Below, piece after piece: positions 1 through 9,959 of a stretch of DNA of 64,000 nt; position 1 is the first letter of the stretch, and every line of letters begins with the position of its first letter. This stretch comes from Nitrospirota bacterium (GTDB lineage Bacteria > Nitrospirota > UBA9217), in the NCBI GenBank assembly GCA_963663225.1, contig OY760142.1:1728001-1792000 (forward strand), written 5' to 3'. The notes beneath the pieces are model-generated. The model was not told where the DNA came from. It did no database searches and saw only the letters and a program-made list of their open reading frames with translations. The position numbers were made by a program, and so were the translations under genes.

Positions 1-1449
1 GACCATTATGAAAACATGGGCGCTCAGCTCGTGCGCGAAGTGGCCAGCAAGACCTCGGACGTGGCTGGCGACGGCACGACGACCGCTACGGTTCTGGCCC
101 AGGCCATCTATCGGGAGGGCATGAAGAATGTCACGGCCGGCGCGAACCCCATGGATGTGAAACGCGGCATTGAAAAAGCGGTGGAAACCGTAATGGAGAA
201 CCTGAAAAAGATGTCCAAACTCGTGGGCGACAAGAAGGAAATCGCACAGGTCGGCAGCATTTCCGCGAACAGCGATTCCACGATCGGCGATCTTATCGCC
301 GAAGCGGTCGACAAGGTGGGCAAGGACGGCGTGATTACCGTGGAAGAGGCCAAGGGCATGAGCACGAGCCTTGACGTGGTTGAAGGCATGCAGTTCGACC
401 GCGGCTATATCTCCCCCTATTTCGTGACCAACGCGGACAAGATGACCGCAGTCCTCGAAGATGCATTCATCCTTCTTTCCGAAAAGAAAGTTTCGAGCAT
501 GAAGGATCTCCTGCCGATCCTCGAGCAGACCGCCAAGATGGGAAGACCGCTCTTGATTGTTGCAGAAGATGTGGAAGGCGAGGCACTGGCCACCCTCGTG
601 GTGAACAAACTTCGCGGCACGCTGCAGGTCTGCGCCGTCAAGGCGCCCGGCTTCGGCGACCGGCGGAAAGCCATGCTTGAAGACATTGCCATTCTTACCG
701 GCGGCCAGGTGATCTCCGAAGATATCGGCCTCAAGCTTGAAAACGTAAAACTCACCGACCTCGGCAGAGCAAAGAAAATCACGGTGGACAAGGACAACAG
801 CACCATCGTGGAAGGTGCCGGCGATTCCGGAAAGATCCAGGGCCGCGTGAAGCAGATCAAGGCCCAGGTCGCCGAAACGAGCTCGGACTATGATAAAGAG
901 AAACTCCAGGAGCGGCTGGCCAAGATCGTCGGCGGTGTCGCCGTAATCAATGTCGGTGCGGCCACCGAGACGGAAATGAAAGAGAAGAAGGCGCGCGTGG
1001 AAGATGCTCTGCATGCGACGCGTGCGGCCATGGAAGAAGGCATCGTGCCCGGCGGCGGCGTGGCGCTTCTGCGCTGCATCAGCGCGCTCGACAAGCTCAA
1101 ACTGACGGGAGAAGAGGCCATCGGCGTGAGCATCATCAAAAAAGCCCTTGAAGAACCGATCCGCCAGATTGTAAACAACGCCGGACTTGAAGCCTCGGTC
1201 ATTGTAGACAAGGTGAAATCCAGCGACAAGCAGAACTACGGTTTCGATGCCCAGAAGGAAGAGTATGTGGACATGCTCCAGGCCGGCATCATCGATCCGA
1301 CCAAGGTGACGCGCTCCGCGCTCCAGAATGCGGCAAGCGTGGCCAGCCTCATGCTCACCACCGAAGTAATGATTACTGACCTTCCGGAAGAAAAACCGGA
1401 ATTGCCACCGATGCCCGGCGGCATGGGCGGCATGGGCGGCATGTACTAA
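1..1449 (+). CDS. groEL: Chaperonin GroEL (5'-truncated by window edge)
   Basis: Frame open from base 1 ([18 protein letters not shown]); [11 protein letters not shown] motif, [10 protein letters not shown]-terminal GGM repeats. Confidence 0.99.
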   Translation, partial: DHYENMGAQLVREVASKTSDVAGDGTTTATVLAQAIYREGMKNVTAGANPMDVKRGIEKAVETVMENLKKMSKLVGDKKEIAQVGSISANSDSTIGDLIAEAVDKVGKDGVITVEEAKGMSTSLDVVEGMQFDRGYISPYFVTNADKMTAVLEDAFILLSEKKVSSMKDLLPILEQTAKMGRPLLIVAEDVEGEALATLVVNKLRGTLQVCAVKAPGFGDRRKAMLEDIAILTGGQVISEDIGLKLENVKLTDLGRAKKITVDKDNSTIVEGAGDSGKIQGRVKQIKAQVAETSSDYDKEKLQERLAKIVGGVAVINVGAATETEMKEKKARVEDALHATRAAMEEGIVPGGGVALLRCISALDKLKLTGEEAIGVSIIKKALEEPIRQIVNNAGLEASVIVDKVKSSDKQNYGFDAQKEEYVDMLQAGIIDPTKVTRSALQNAASVASLMLTTEVMITDLPEEKPELPPMPGGMGGMGGMY

Positions 1450-1499
1450 GAGATTCTGAAGCATGAAGATGCATCCGCATATCACGAGGAACTGACTAG

Positions 1500-1535
1500 A
1501 AGCCGGCAGGGGAACCCCTTTGCCGGCTTTTTTTT
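1500..1535 (+). terminator. Rho-independent terminator after groEL
   Basis: AAGCCGGCA...TGCCGGCTT stem followed by a T-tract. Confidence 0.9.
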
Positions 1536-1587
1536 CAGAAAAATATTGAACTCCGAGCAACTCAAAAAAACGGTGAAGAGGCATGCT

Positions 1588-2319
1588 ATGAAATTGACGG
1601 CAACGGTACTGATGTTCGCGCTTTTTGCGTTTCCTGCCGCCGCGCAGAATGCGTTCGAGAAAGATCTGATCAAAACAGCCGCCGGCGGCCTGGAAATCAC
1701 TTTTATCGGCCATGGTTCATTGCTTCTGAAATTTCAGGACAAGATCATCCATGTAGATCCCTTCGGCACGCTCGCGGACTATTCCAAACTGCCGAAGGCG
1801 GACATGATTCTTATCACGCACGAGCATTATGATCACCTTGATGCAGCGGCGATCGACAAAATCCGGACGAAAGAAACCATGGTGGTTCTGACTGCGGCCG
1901 GTGCAGGAAAGCTTCCCGGCGGCAGTGTCATGAAAAACGGCGACGTACAGACGATACTGGGGATTACCATCGAAGCCGTCCCTGCCTATAATCTGGTGCA
2001 CAAGCGCGATACGGGCCAGCCCTTTCATCCGAAGGGACAGGGCAACGGATACGTGCTGACTTTTGGCGACAAACGCGTTTATATCGCCGGCGATACGGAA
2101 AACACACCCGAAATGAAGGCGCTGAAAAACATCGACATCGCGTTTCTGCCGATGAATCTCCCCTATACCATGACGCCCGAGATGGTCGCGGATGCCGCAC
2201 TGGCATTCAAGCCGAAAATTCTGTATCCGTACCATTACGGCGATACGGATACATCGAAAATCACGGCCTTGTTGAAGAACAACAAGGATATCGAAGTGCG
2301 GATACGCAGGATGAAGTAG
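1588..2319 (+). CDS. Exported MBL-fold metallo-hydrolase
   Basis: ATG at 1588 after GAGG; signal peptide ending AAA-Q; GHGS, THEHYDH, YIAGDT, YPYHY motifs. Confidence 0.9.
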   Translation: MKLTATVLMFALFAFPAAAQNAFEKDLIKTAAGGLEITFIGHGSLLLKFQDKIIHVDPFGTLADYSKLPKADMILITHEHYDHLDAAAIDKIRTKETMVVLTAAGAGKLPGGSVMKNGDVQTILGITIEAVPAYNLVHKRDTGQPFHPKGQGNGYVLTFGDKRVYIAGDTENTPEMKALKNIDIAFLPMNLPYTMTPEMVADAALAFKPKILYPYHYGDTDTSKITALLKNNKDIEVRIRRMK

Positions 2320-2354
2320 AGAAAAACGGTCTGTTGCGCGGAAGCGAAAACCCC

Positions 2355-2383
2355 TTGCATTTTGAGCAGGGTTGTCATATTCT
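2355..2383 (+). promoter_or_regulatory. Candidate sigma70 promoter
   Basis: TTGCAT-N17-TATTCT upstream of the REC-PilZ gene. Confidence 0.45.
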
Positions 2384-2414
2384 TACGAAAACCTGCATAC
2401 CTCAGGGGGTTGCC

Positions 2415-3107
2415 TTGAAAAAGATAATCATTGCACATGACCTCCACGCGTTATTGGCGCAGGACAAAACGTTTCTCAACCGCCAGGATATGCGGGTGCT
2501 GAGCGCGGCAGCGACCGATGAAATGCTGGCTACCCACCGGGCGGAGCGGGCAAACCTCCTTATCATGGATCTGGATATGCCCGGCATTCCCGCAGAACAA
2601 GTCTGCGCCCTGATCCGGGATGACGCGGACCTCCAGATAGTTTCGATGATTATGGTCTGCGCAGACACCCCGGAGGCGATCGGGCGGAGCGGACGGTGCA
2701 GAGCGAACGCGGTGCTGCTGCGGCCCGTGCACTCCCTGGTGCTGATGACAAAAGCCCAGCAGCTTCTTGATATTGCCGTGCGGGAGACCCTCCGCGTTCT
2801 TTTGCGCGTTAACATAGAAACCCGCCCCGGCAACGAGCCGTTTTATTGCTGCTCACGAGATGTCAGCGCAACGGGCATGCGGATAGAAACCGAGGAACCT
2901 CTCGCACAAGACGCGCGGTTGTCCTGCATATTCTATCTCCCGAATACAAAAAAAATACAGGTAACGGGCAAAATCGTCAGAGAAATTGACCGGACACCCG
3001 GCGATGACGTGTACCAATATGGGCTCATGTTTATGGACATTGCGCCTGTTGATCAAAAAGAGCTTATCGATTATATAAACAGCACCCTCCAGGGCTCACA
3101 TGGATAA
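2415..3107 (+). CDS. Receiver domain + PilZ domain protein
   Basis: Probable TTG start at 2415 after AGGGGG; LLIMDLDMPG receiver motif; RETLR and DVSATG PilZ motifs. Confidence 0.8.
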   Translation: MKKIIIAHDLHALLAQDKTFLNRQDMRVLSAAATDEMLATHRAERANLLIMDLDMPGIPAEQVCALIRDDADLQIVSMIMVCADTPEAIGRSGRCRANAVLLRPVHSLVLMTKAQQLLDIAVRETLRVLLRVNIETRPGNEPFYCCSRDVSATGMRIETEEPLAQDARLSCIFYLPNTKKIQVTGKIVREIDRTPGDDVYQYGLMFMDIAPVDQKELIDYINSTLQGSHG

Positions 3108-3170
3108 TTGATCGACGCCGTCGCATACGAAAAGAAAAAAACAGCGGAATAATGATGTGTGTGGAAAAGC

Positions 3171-3203
3171 AAAAGCCTGAGGGAGACTTCCTCAGGCTTT
3201 TTT
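3171..3203. terminator. Bidirectional intrinsic terminator
   Basis: AAAAGCCTGAGG...CCTCAGGCTTTT flanked by A and T tracts between convergent genes. Confidence 0.9.
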
Positions 3204-3221
3204 GCAGATGCACAATGTGAT

Positions 3222-4409
3222 CTAGAGGCGGGCTGGATTTTTCCGTGATGGTCTTGATGTCGATAGGACAAAAATGAAAACCATCAGACAGAGGACCGCT
3301 CCTGCGCCGATGAAGGAAGCGCCGAAGCCCAGCCAGGCGGCAAGTATTCCGGATACGAGCGGTCCGGTGGTATGTCCTATATCCATGATGGAGCCGAGAA
3401 GTCCCATGGCCGAACCCCGGTTCTCTCCTTTGCTCAGGTCGGCGATATAGGCAGCGGTCGCCGAGGTAACAACGGACTGGCTGAATCCGAACAGGATGCT
3501 GATTCCGATCAGAGGGAAAAACCCCCGGACGAGGGAAAATGCAGCGATGCTCAGTGCTCCGATGATGGTTCCGACGATAATTTGAGACTTCCTGCCGTGC
3601 CGGTCGGAGAATTTGCCCATGATCGGCTTGGTGAGCGCAAGAACGATCACCTGCGATGACAGGAATATTCCCACTTCATAGGCAGTGAGGCCGGTTTTGA
3701 TCGCATAGAGAGGCAGAAAGGTTTCAAAGGTGCCGTAGGCAAAAAGAATTGCCGCCTCAACGGCCGCAGTAACAAGAATGGTGCGGTTCGAGATGACTGA
3801 TTGAAAGGCCGAGAACGTGTCGCGCCAGGAGCGGACGCTTTTTTGCTCCTCCCTGTCCGCCGGGATTCTGAGTGCAAGAAAAAAAACGACGGCCCCTGTC
3901 GCTCCGCACACAAGATATACGGTGTAATAACTTGTTCCCGGGTTCATGATCAACGCGCCGATGATGCTTCCTCCCGCAACCGGGGCAATAAATCTGCCGA
4001 GAAGCGTGGATGTCGAAAACCAGCCGATCTTTTCACCCCGGTTTTTCTGAAAGAGATCCGACACCAATGCCATCGAGACGGGAACAAATACGGCGGTTGC
4101 CAGGCCGTGGTATAAACGGACGGCGGCGAGCTGCCAGATCGTGGAGACCAGCAGGTACAGCAGGGGCGCAGTTGCGAAGATGACTGACGACAGCAGCAGC
4201 ATCCGCTTTCTTCCCCATCGGTCAGAAAGCATTCCGGCGGGGACGCTTGCCACGATGCCGGCAAAGGAAGACACGGCTGCAACCATGCCCACTCCCGATG
4301 GGTCGGCTCCCAGATACGAGGTGAAAAGCGGCAGCACCGGGCTTTTTGAAAGCGTGGTGCTGAAAATGGCAAAAAACCCCGTCGTGCAGAGAATCAGAAA
4401 AGGGTTCAC
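3222..4409 (-). CDS. MFS transporter
   Basis: 395 aa hydrophobic; GMLSDRWGRKR and GKFSDRHGRK motif A in both halves. Confidence 0.92.
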   Translation of the reverse strand: MNPFLILCTTGFFAIFSTTLSKSPVLPLFTSYLGADPSGVGMVAAVSSFAGIVASVPAGMLSDRWGRKRMLLLSSVIFATAPLLYLLVSTIWQLAAVRLYHGLATAVFVPVSMALVSDLFQKNRGEKIGWFSTSTLLGRFIAPVAGGSIIGALIMNPGTSYYTVYLVCGATGAVVFFLALRIPADREEQKSVRSWRDTFSAFQSVISNRTILVTAAVEAAILFAYGTFETFLPLYAIKTGLTAYEVGIFLSSQVIVLALTKPIMGKFSDRHGRKSQIIVGTIIGALSIAAFSLVRGFFPLIGISILFGFSQSVVTSATAAYIADLSKGENRGSAMGLLGSIMDIGHTTGPLVSGILAAWLGFGASFIGAGAVLCLMVFIFVLSTSRPSRKNPARL

Positions 4410-4734
4410 GTTCAGATGCGTTCCTTTCGATTGTTAAGGCGGTGGCGGCGTGCGTTTGCGCTCCCGCAGGTTCGTCATGAAAATGTGCTGGGAAAGAAAC
4501 GCTTCGAAGCGGCGCAGCAGGGAAACCCGCACCTTGTTGTAAAGTTCTGCAATATTATAGCAGAATATCCGGCGAGTACGGGCAATAATTCGTGGGAGCT
4601 CTTCAACAGGAGCGAGGTATCTTGTGCCGCAGCGATTGAAAGGATTGCACTATTCTTGCCGGCGCCGAAAAAATTGATCGGCAGATACAATCTTTTTCAA
4701 CGATGTCCGGCAACCGTGGTAAAATAATCACCTT

Positions 4735-7140
4735 ATGAGTGCAGGTTTAAAGCGCATTACCGTGGCGATCCGCGATTTTGCAATGCCGGTCCCCCGGACC
4801 GGGAGCATCGAGGTCAATTCGGGGTTTGGACGGGCGGCAGCCGAAGGTCAGGAAATCCATGCCCGGGAGCAGCGGAAGCGCGCCCGGTCCGGGCAATCCT
4901 ATGAAGCGGAAGTTTCGATCAGCCGATCCTTCCAGCGGGAAGGCTATCAATTCCGCATCGACGGACGCATGGATGGAATATTCAGGTGCAACCCGCCGAA
5001 GATAGAGGAGATCAAGACCAGCTTCAATATCCGGGAACTCGCGCGCCGGATCACCGGCAACTTCTCGGACCATCCGTATTGCCTTCAACTTGCCACCTAC
5101 GGCTACTTCTTCTGGCTTGAGCACAACATCGTTCCTCTGCTGACGTTTCATCTTGTTTCGACCCGCAGCAAAGAATCGTTGGATGTAGAGCAGGCGCTCG
5201 ACATCCCGGCGTACGAACAATGGCTGGATTTGCGCCTCGCTGAGCTTGTTGACGAAGCGCGAAAAGCTGAAAAGAAAGCGCTCCGCCGCAGGAAGCTTTC
5301 CGCGGACCTTTTCTTCCCGTACGAAAAGCCCCGCTCAGGACAGATCGGCCTTATGCAGACCGTCGAAGAAGGCCTGCGGGAGCAAAGACCGATGCTTATC
5401 CAGGCCCCCACGGGGATCGGGAAAACTGCTGGAGTCCTGTATCCCGTCCTGCGGGAAGCGCTCAGCCGCGGTCAGCGGGTGGTGTACATTACGCCGAAAA
5501 ACAGCCAGCACCTGGTTGCCGAGGATGCCGTAGAGCGCTTTCAAGAAGCCGGCTCGAAGATCAAGTCACTCACCATCACCGCAAAAAGCAAGATATGCTT
5601 CCAAAACGAACCGCTCTGCGACCCCGCATTTTGCGAATACGCTCATGACTACTACACCAAGGTGGCGGCGCATGGGCTGCTGGACATGCTTGCAAAAAAA
5701 AGAAAATTGAAAGCAAAGACCTTCCGCGATTTGGGCAAGGAATATGAAGTGTGTCCCTTTGAACTTCAGATTGACGGCTCCGAGGAGGCCGACGTTGTGA
5801 TCTGCGATTACAACTACGTTTTCGGGCCGCGCTCCGCGCTCAGACGTCTGTCCGGAATCGGCATTGACCAGACCGGAAAACCGAATCTGGTGATTGACGA
5901 GGCACACAATCTGCCTGCACGCGCCATGGACTACTATTCGCCGTCACTTTCCAGTCTCGCTCTTGAACAAATGCGGAGTGAAATGAAAAACGTCCCGTCC
6001 CGGTTCAAGGCCGACGCCGAGGAACTTCTTGATGCCTGCATACAGGTGGTCGCTTCGTGCTGCCAGGGGGCCGGTATGCAGCCGCGGAAAATCACTCCAC
6101 CCATTGACGCATTCCTTGAACAGGACGTGAAGCTCAGAGCATTTCTGTCTCGCTATCTTGACTCCGGGACCGAAATTCAGCCCCGCGATGTGATCATGAG
6201 GCTCTGTTTTTACTGGTCCGCGTTTTCAGAGGCCCTGGAATATGTTCAGGACCCCGATGCGGAGGAATTTTTTGTGACTGTTCATCCCCATGCGGCAAGC
6301 GGCGGCATGGTGAAAATAACCTGTTGTGATCCTTCTGACTTGATTCAGGATTGCTATGACGAGTATGAGCAGGTGGTGGGGTTTTCTGCAACGCTAAAAC
6401 CCTTTGACTATTATGCCCGGTTGTCCGGATTGGATCCGGAAAACGTGAAAACAAGGGAATTTAACAGCCCTTTCCCCCGCGAACATCGCAAGCTTCTGAT
6501 CATCCCGCAGATATCGACCAAATACGCGGACCGGGAGCAGAACTACTCCAAAATAGCGGATACCGTTAAACGGATAGCCTCGCTGCGGCGGGGAAATTAT
6601 TTTGTCTTCTTCCCGAGCTTCGAGTTTCTTGAACGGGTGTATTCCGTGTTTCAGGCACCGGAAGGATGCTCTGTTCTGAAACAGGAACGGGAAATGAAAA
6701 TGCCGCGGGTCGAAGAGATTCTGCAGCACCTCCGGGAGGGAGAAGCGCCTTCAATTCTTTTTGGAGTCCAGGGAGGGATTTTTTCGGAAGGGGTGGACTA
6801 TCCGGGGGAAATGGCCATTGGAGTGTTTGTGGTCGGGCCTCCGCTGCCGACCTTCGACCTCGAGCGGGAAGAAATGAGAAAATATTACGAGAAGCGTTTC
6901 TCCGCGGGTTTTGACTACGCCTATGCCATCCCCGCGATGGCCAGGGCGATCCAGGCCGCAGGAAGGGTGATCCGTTCCGAAACAGAGCACGGGCTCATTG
7001 TTCTCATGGACAGCCGCTTTGTTCAGCCTGTTTACTCCCGCTCCATGCCGGCTGACTGGTTCGAATCTGATGTCAACGAACTTGTTTCCGGCAGCATCCT
7101 GAAGGAAATTTCCTGCTTTTGGGCCGGAGCAGCTTCCTGA
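4735..7140 (+). CDS. DinG/Rad3-like Fe-S helicase with N-terminal PD-(D/E)XK nuclease domain
   Basis: QAPTGIGKT, DEAH, four Cys of the Fe-S domain, SEGVD, QAAGRVIR; N-terminal GQEIH/GRMDG/EEIKT/QLATY. Confidence 0.9.
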   Translation: MSAGLKRITVAIRDFAMPVPRTGSIEVNSGFGRAAAEGQEIHAREQRKRARSGQSYEAEVSISRSFQREGYQFRIDGRMDGIFRCNPPKIEEIKTSFNIRELARRITGNFSDHPYCLQLATYGYFFWLEHNIVPLLTFHLVSTRSKESLDVEQALDIPAYEQWLDLRLAELVDEARKAEKKALRRRKLSADLFFPYEKPRSGQIGLMQTVEEGLREQRPMLIQAPTGIGKTAGVLYPVLREALSRGQRVVYITPKNSQHLVAEDAVERFQEAGSKIKSLTITAKSKICFQNEPLCDPAFCEYAHDYYTKVAAHGLLDMLAKKRKLKAKTFRDLGKEYEVCPFELQIDGSEEADVVICDYNYVFGPRSALRRLSGIGIDQTGKPNLVIDEAHNLPARAMDYYSPSLSSLALEQMRSEMKNVPSRFKADAEELLDACIQVVASCCQGAGMQPRKITPPIDAFLEQDVKLRAFLSRYLDSGTEIQPRDVIMRLCFYWSAFSEALEYVQDPDAEEFFVTVHPHAASGGMVKITCCDPSDLIQDCYDEYEQVVGFSATLKPFDYYARLSGLDPENVKTREFNSPFPREHRKLLIIPQISTKYADREQNYSKIADTVKRIASLRRGNYFVFFPSFEFLERVYSVFQAPEGCSVLKQEREMKMPRVEEILQHLREGEAPSILFGVQGGIFSEGVDYPGEMAIGVFVVGPPLPTFDLEREEMRKYYEKRFSAGFDYAYAIPAMARAIQAAGRVIRSETEHGLIVLMDSRFVQPVYSRSMPADWFESDVNELVSGSILKEISCFWAGAAS

Positions 7141-7168
7141 GTTTTTTATCTTTCAGGACCGCATTCTC

Positions 7169-7196
7169 TTGACAAACAACAAGCTGTGTATATAAT
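7169..7196 (+). promoter_or_regulatory. Consensus sigma70 promoter
   Basis: TTGACA-N16-TATAAT. Confidence 0.75.
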
Positions 7197-7220
7197 CAGG
7201 ACTTTTTAAACCTTCTGACG

Positions 7221-8432
7221 GTGAAGAATCTAATGATCTACCACGCAAACCAAAAGCCCATGCTCCGATTTCTTGTAGTGATGACCGCCGCTTCCATGAT
7301 CGGGCTGCAAGGGTATTCCATTCTGTTCAACAACTATGCCGTCGAAGTGATCAACCTCGACGGCAACGGCGTCGGTCTGATCCAGTCGGTGCGGGAAATA
7401 CCGGGATTACTGTCGCTTCTGGCGGTTTTTCTGCTGCTGGTAGTCAAGGAGCACCGTCTTGCCGCTCTTTCCATCGCGCTGCTCGGGCTCGGCACCGCGC
7501 TCACCGGGATTCTGCCCACCTTCTGGGGCCTGGTCTTCACGACGCTGATCATGAGTTTCGGTTTCCATTATTACGAAACAACCAATCAGTCGCTTACTCT
7601 GCAGTATTTTTCGACCGGTGTATCGCCGATAGTGTTCGGCAGACTGCGGAGCCTTGCCGCCGCTTCAAGCATCGCATCGGGGGTCCTCATCTGGATACTG
7701 GGGTATTTTCTGGAGTATCAGGGAATATTTCTGATCGTGGGCGGACTTGTTGTCGTCGCGGGGATTTGGGGGATGCTGCAGGACCCCACGCACAAGAATA
7801 TCGCGCCGCAGCGGCAGCGGATGGTTTTCAAAAAGAAATACATGCTGTACTACATTTTGACTTTTTTGTCCGGCGCCCGCAGACAGATATTCACGGTCTT
7901 CTCCATATTCCTGCTGGTGAAAAACTTTCATTTTTCCGTGCGGGAGATGACCGTGCTGTTTATCGTGAACAATACCATTGCCTGGGTACTAAACCCGCTG
8001 ATAGGCAGGGCAATCGTCAAATTTGGTGAACGCAGGATATCATCCGTTGAATATGCCGGTGTGATTCTGATTTTTCTGGTCTATGCCTTTACCGGTTCGA
8101 AGATGCTGGCAGCGTCCATGTATATTCTTGATAACATTCTGTTCAATTTTTCGGTGGCGATTCGCACGTATTTTCAAAAGATCGGAGAACCGGAAGACAT
8201 TGCTTCTTCCATGGCCGTGGGCTTCACGATCAATCATATTGCGGCGGTATTTCTTCCTGCGCTGGGCGGACTGCTCTGGATGATCGATTACCGCATTCCG
8301 TTCATTGTCGGGGCCGTTCTCGGGGGAGCGTCTCTGATTGCCGCGCAGTTTATGCGTCCGCCGCATGATCCGGACGAACCGGGAGGCGAAGCGCTTCCAG
8401 TGTACACTGCCGCTGAAACGGAAAAGATATGA
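7221..8432 (+). CDS. MFS transporter
   Basis: About 12 hydrophobic segments; REIPG, GFHY.ET and GARRQIF motifs; start codon uncertain. Confidence 0.85.
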   Translation: MKNLMIYHANQKPMLRFLVVMTAASMIGLQGYSILFNNYAVEVINLDGNGVGLIQSVREIPGLLSLLAVFLLLVVKEHRLAALSIALLGLGTALTGILPTFWGLVFTTLIMSFGFHYYETTNQSLTLQYFSTGVSPIVFGRLRSLAAASSIASGVLIWILGYFLEYQGIFLIVGGLVVVAGIWGMLQDPTHKNIAPQRQRMVFKKKYMLYYILTFLSGARRQIFTVFSIFLLVKNFHFSVREMTVLFIVNNTIAWVLNPLIGRAIVKFGERRISSVEYAGVILIFLVYAFTGSKMLAASMYILDNILFNFSVAIRTYFQKIGEPEDIASSMAVGFTINHIAAVFLPALGGLLWMIDYRIPFIVGAVLGGASLIAAQFMRPPHDPDEPGGEALPVYTAAETEKI

Positions 8433-8545
8433 TGCTGAATTATATATGCAGAAGCGCATAAAATTTCTTGCCAAATCGCGACGGATACATATACTGACGG
8501 AGAAGACATAGTGATTCCTGAGTGGAATAAAAAGGAGATTCCGGC

Positions 8546-9838
8546 ATGAAAGAAACCTCTGTCGCAGCACGTGCAAAACGCAAGGCATATCTGAACATTG
8601 TCTTGCCGCTGTTTATCACCTCCGTCATTGCGTATCTCGACCGGGTGAACATCGGCTATGCAGCACTGACCATGAACAAGGACCTGGGGCTTACCGCTCA
8701 AATGTTCGGCATGGGAGCGGGGATATTTTTTGCCGGTTATATCCTGTTTGAAATACCCGGGGCGCTAATCGCGGAGAAATACTCGCCGAGAATCTGGCTG
8801 GCGCGCATCATGCTCACGTGGGGGCTGGTGTCCGGACTGATGGCTTTCATGGTCAATGAATGGCACTTTTATATTTTGCGGTTTCTGCTGGGCGCTGCCG
8901 AAGCAAGCTTGTATCCCGTTATCTATGCCTCGTGCATCCCGCGCTGGTTTGGCCCGAAGGATCGGGCGCGGGCAATCGCCATTCTTCTGACCTCGTTGCA
9001 GATTTCCGGTATTGTCGGAGCGCCCATGGCAGGCTGGCTGCTCGGGGTGCCCCTGTTCGGTTTCAAAGGCTGGCAGGGCTTGTTTATCATTGAGTCCGTG
9101 CCCGCGATCCTTTTTGCTTTCATAATCATCTATTGGATGGCGGACCGTCCAAGCGAAGCAAAGTGGCTGACGGCAGAAGAAAAGAAATTTCTCACGGAAC
9201 AGTATGAAAAGGAAGTTGCTGCAAAAGTCGCAGTCAGGCATTATACGGTACTGCAGGCGTTCAGAGAGCCGGAAGTGCTTAAACTTTGCCTGGCGTATTT
9301 TTTATGGATAACCGGTTTCTGGGGTTTTAATTACTGGATGCCGACCGTGCTTAAATCACTGTCCGGGTGGTCCAATCTTGCCATCGGCTGGCTCATGGCA
9401 ATTCCCATGGGAATTTCACTCCTTACCATGCTGTATATCGGCCACTCTTCGTCAAAAAAGCGTGAAAAGAGATGGCATGGCGCCATTGGAATGTTTATCG
9501 GAGCAATCGGTCTCGGAGTCGGCGTGTTTATCAAGGACCCCTGGATTGCCTTCTTTTTTGTGATTCTTGCGGGAATCGGCGTTTTCGCGCCGTTTGGCGT
9601 CTGGTGGTCCTATCCGACAACCTTTCTGTCAGGTACTGCCGCCGCCGGAGCCATTGGTCTGATAAATTCCTGCGGCAATGTCGGCGGATTCGTCGGGCCG
9701 TATGTGACCGGCTGGATCAAGCAGGCGACCGGAACGTTTACCGGCGCCTGGGTATATTTGGCCATTTCTCTTACGCTGGCGGGGCTGCTGATCCTCACGT
9801 TTAAAAAAGACCTGCCTGCCGACGGAGTGGAACCATAA
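8546..9838 (+). CDS. MFS transporter, anion:cation symporter (tartrate/phthalate permease-like)
   Basis: AYLDRVNIG, GIFFAGYILFEIP, WLARIM, AIGLINSCGNVGGF; SD AAGGAG. Confidence 0.92.
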   Translation: MKETSVAARAKRKAYLNIVLPLFITSVIAYLDRVNIGYAALTMNKDLGLTAQMFGMGAGIFFAGYILFEIPGALIAEKYSPRIWLARIMLTWGLVSGLMAFMVNEWHFYILRFLLGAAEASLYPVIYASCIPRWFGPKDRARAIAILLTSLQISGIVGAPMAGWLLGVPLFGFKGWQGLFIIESVPAILFAFIIIYWMADRPSEAKWLTAEEKKFLTEQYEKEVAAKVAVRHYTVLQAFREPEVLKLCLAYFLWITGFWGFNYWMPTVLKSLSGWSNLAIGWLMAIPMGISLLTMLYIGHSSSKKREKRWHGAIGMFIGAIGLGVGVFIKDPWIAFFFVILAGIGVFAPFGVWWSYPTTFLSGTAAAGAIGLINSCGNVGGFVGPYVTGWIKQATGTFTGAWVYLAISLTLAGLLILTFKKDLPADGVEP

Positions 9839-9959
9839 CCCTCGACGAAACTCGAGGGATGTTATGTCGCCGGTGTTGATATGCCGGCACTTCCACCGCA
9901 AGTTTTCGATGTGATGATCAAAGGTTTCAAAACGAGCGATGGTGCTGTATAATAATCAT

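Noticed and set aside
9839-9888. Two small tandem hairpins after the MFS gene
   Set aside because: Short stems without a U-tract; insufficient for a terminator or ncRNA call
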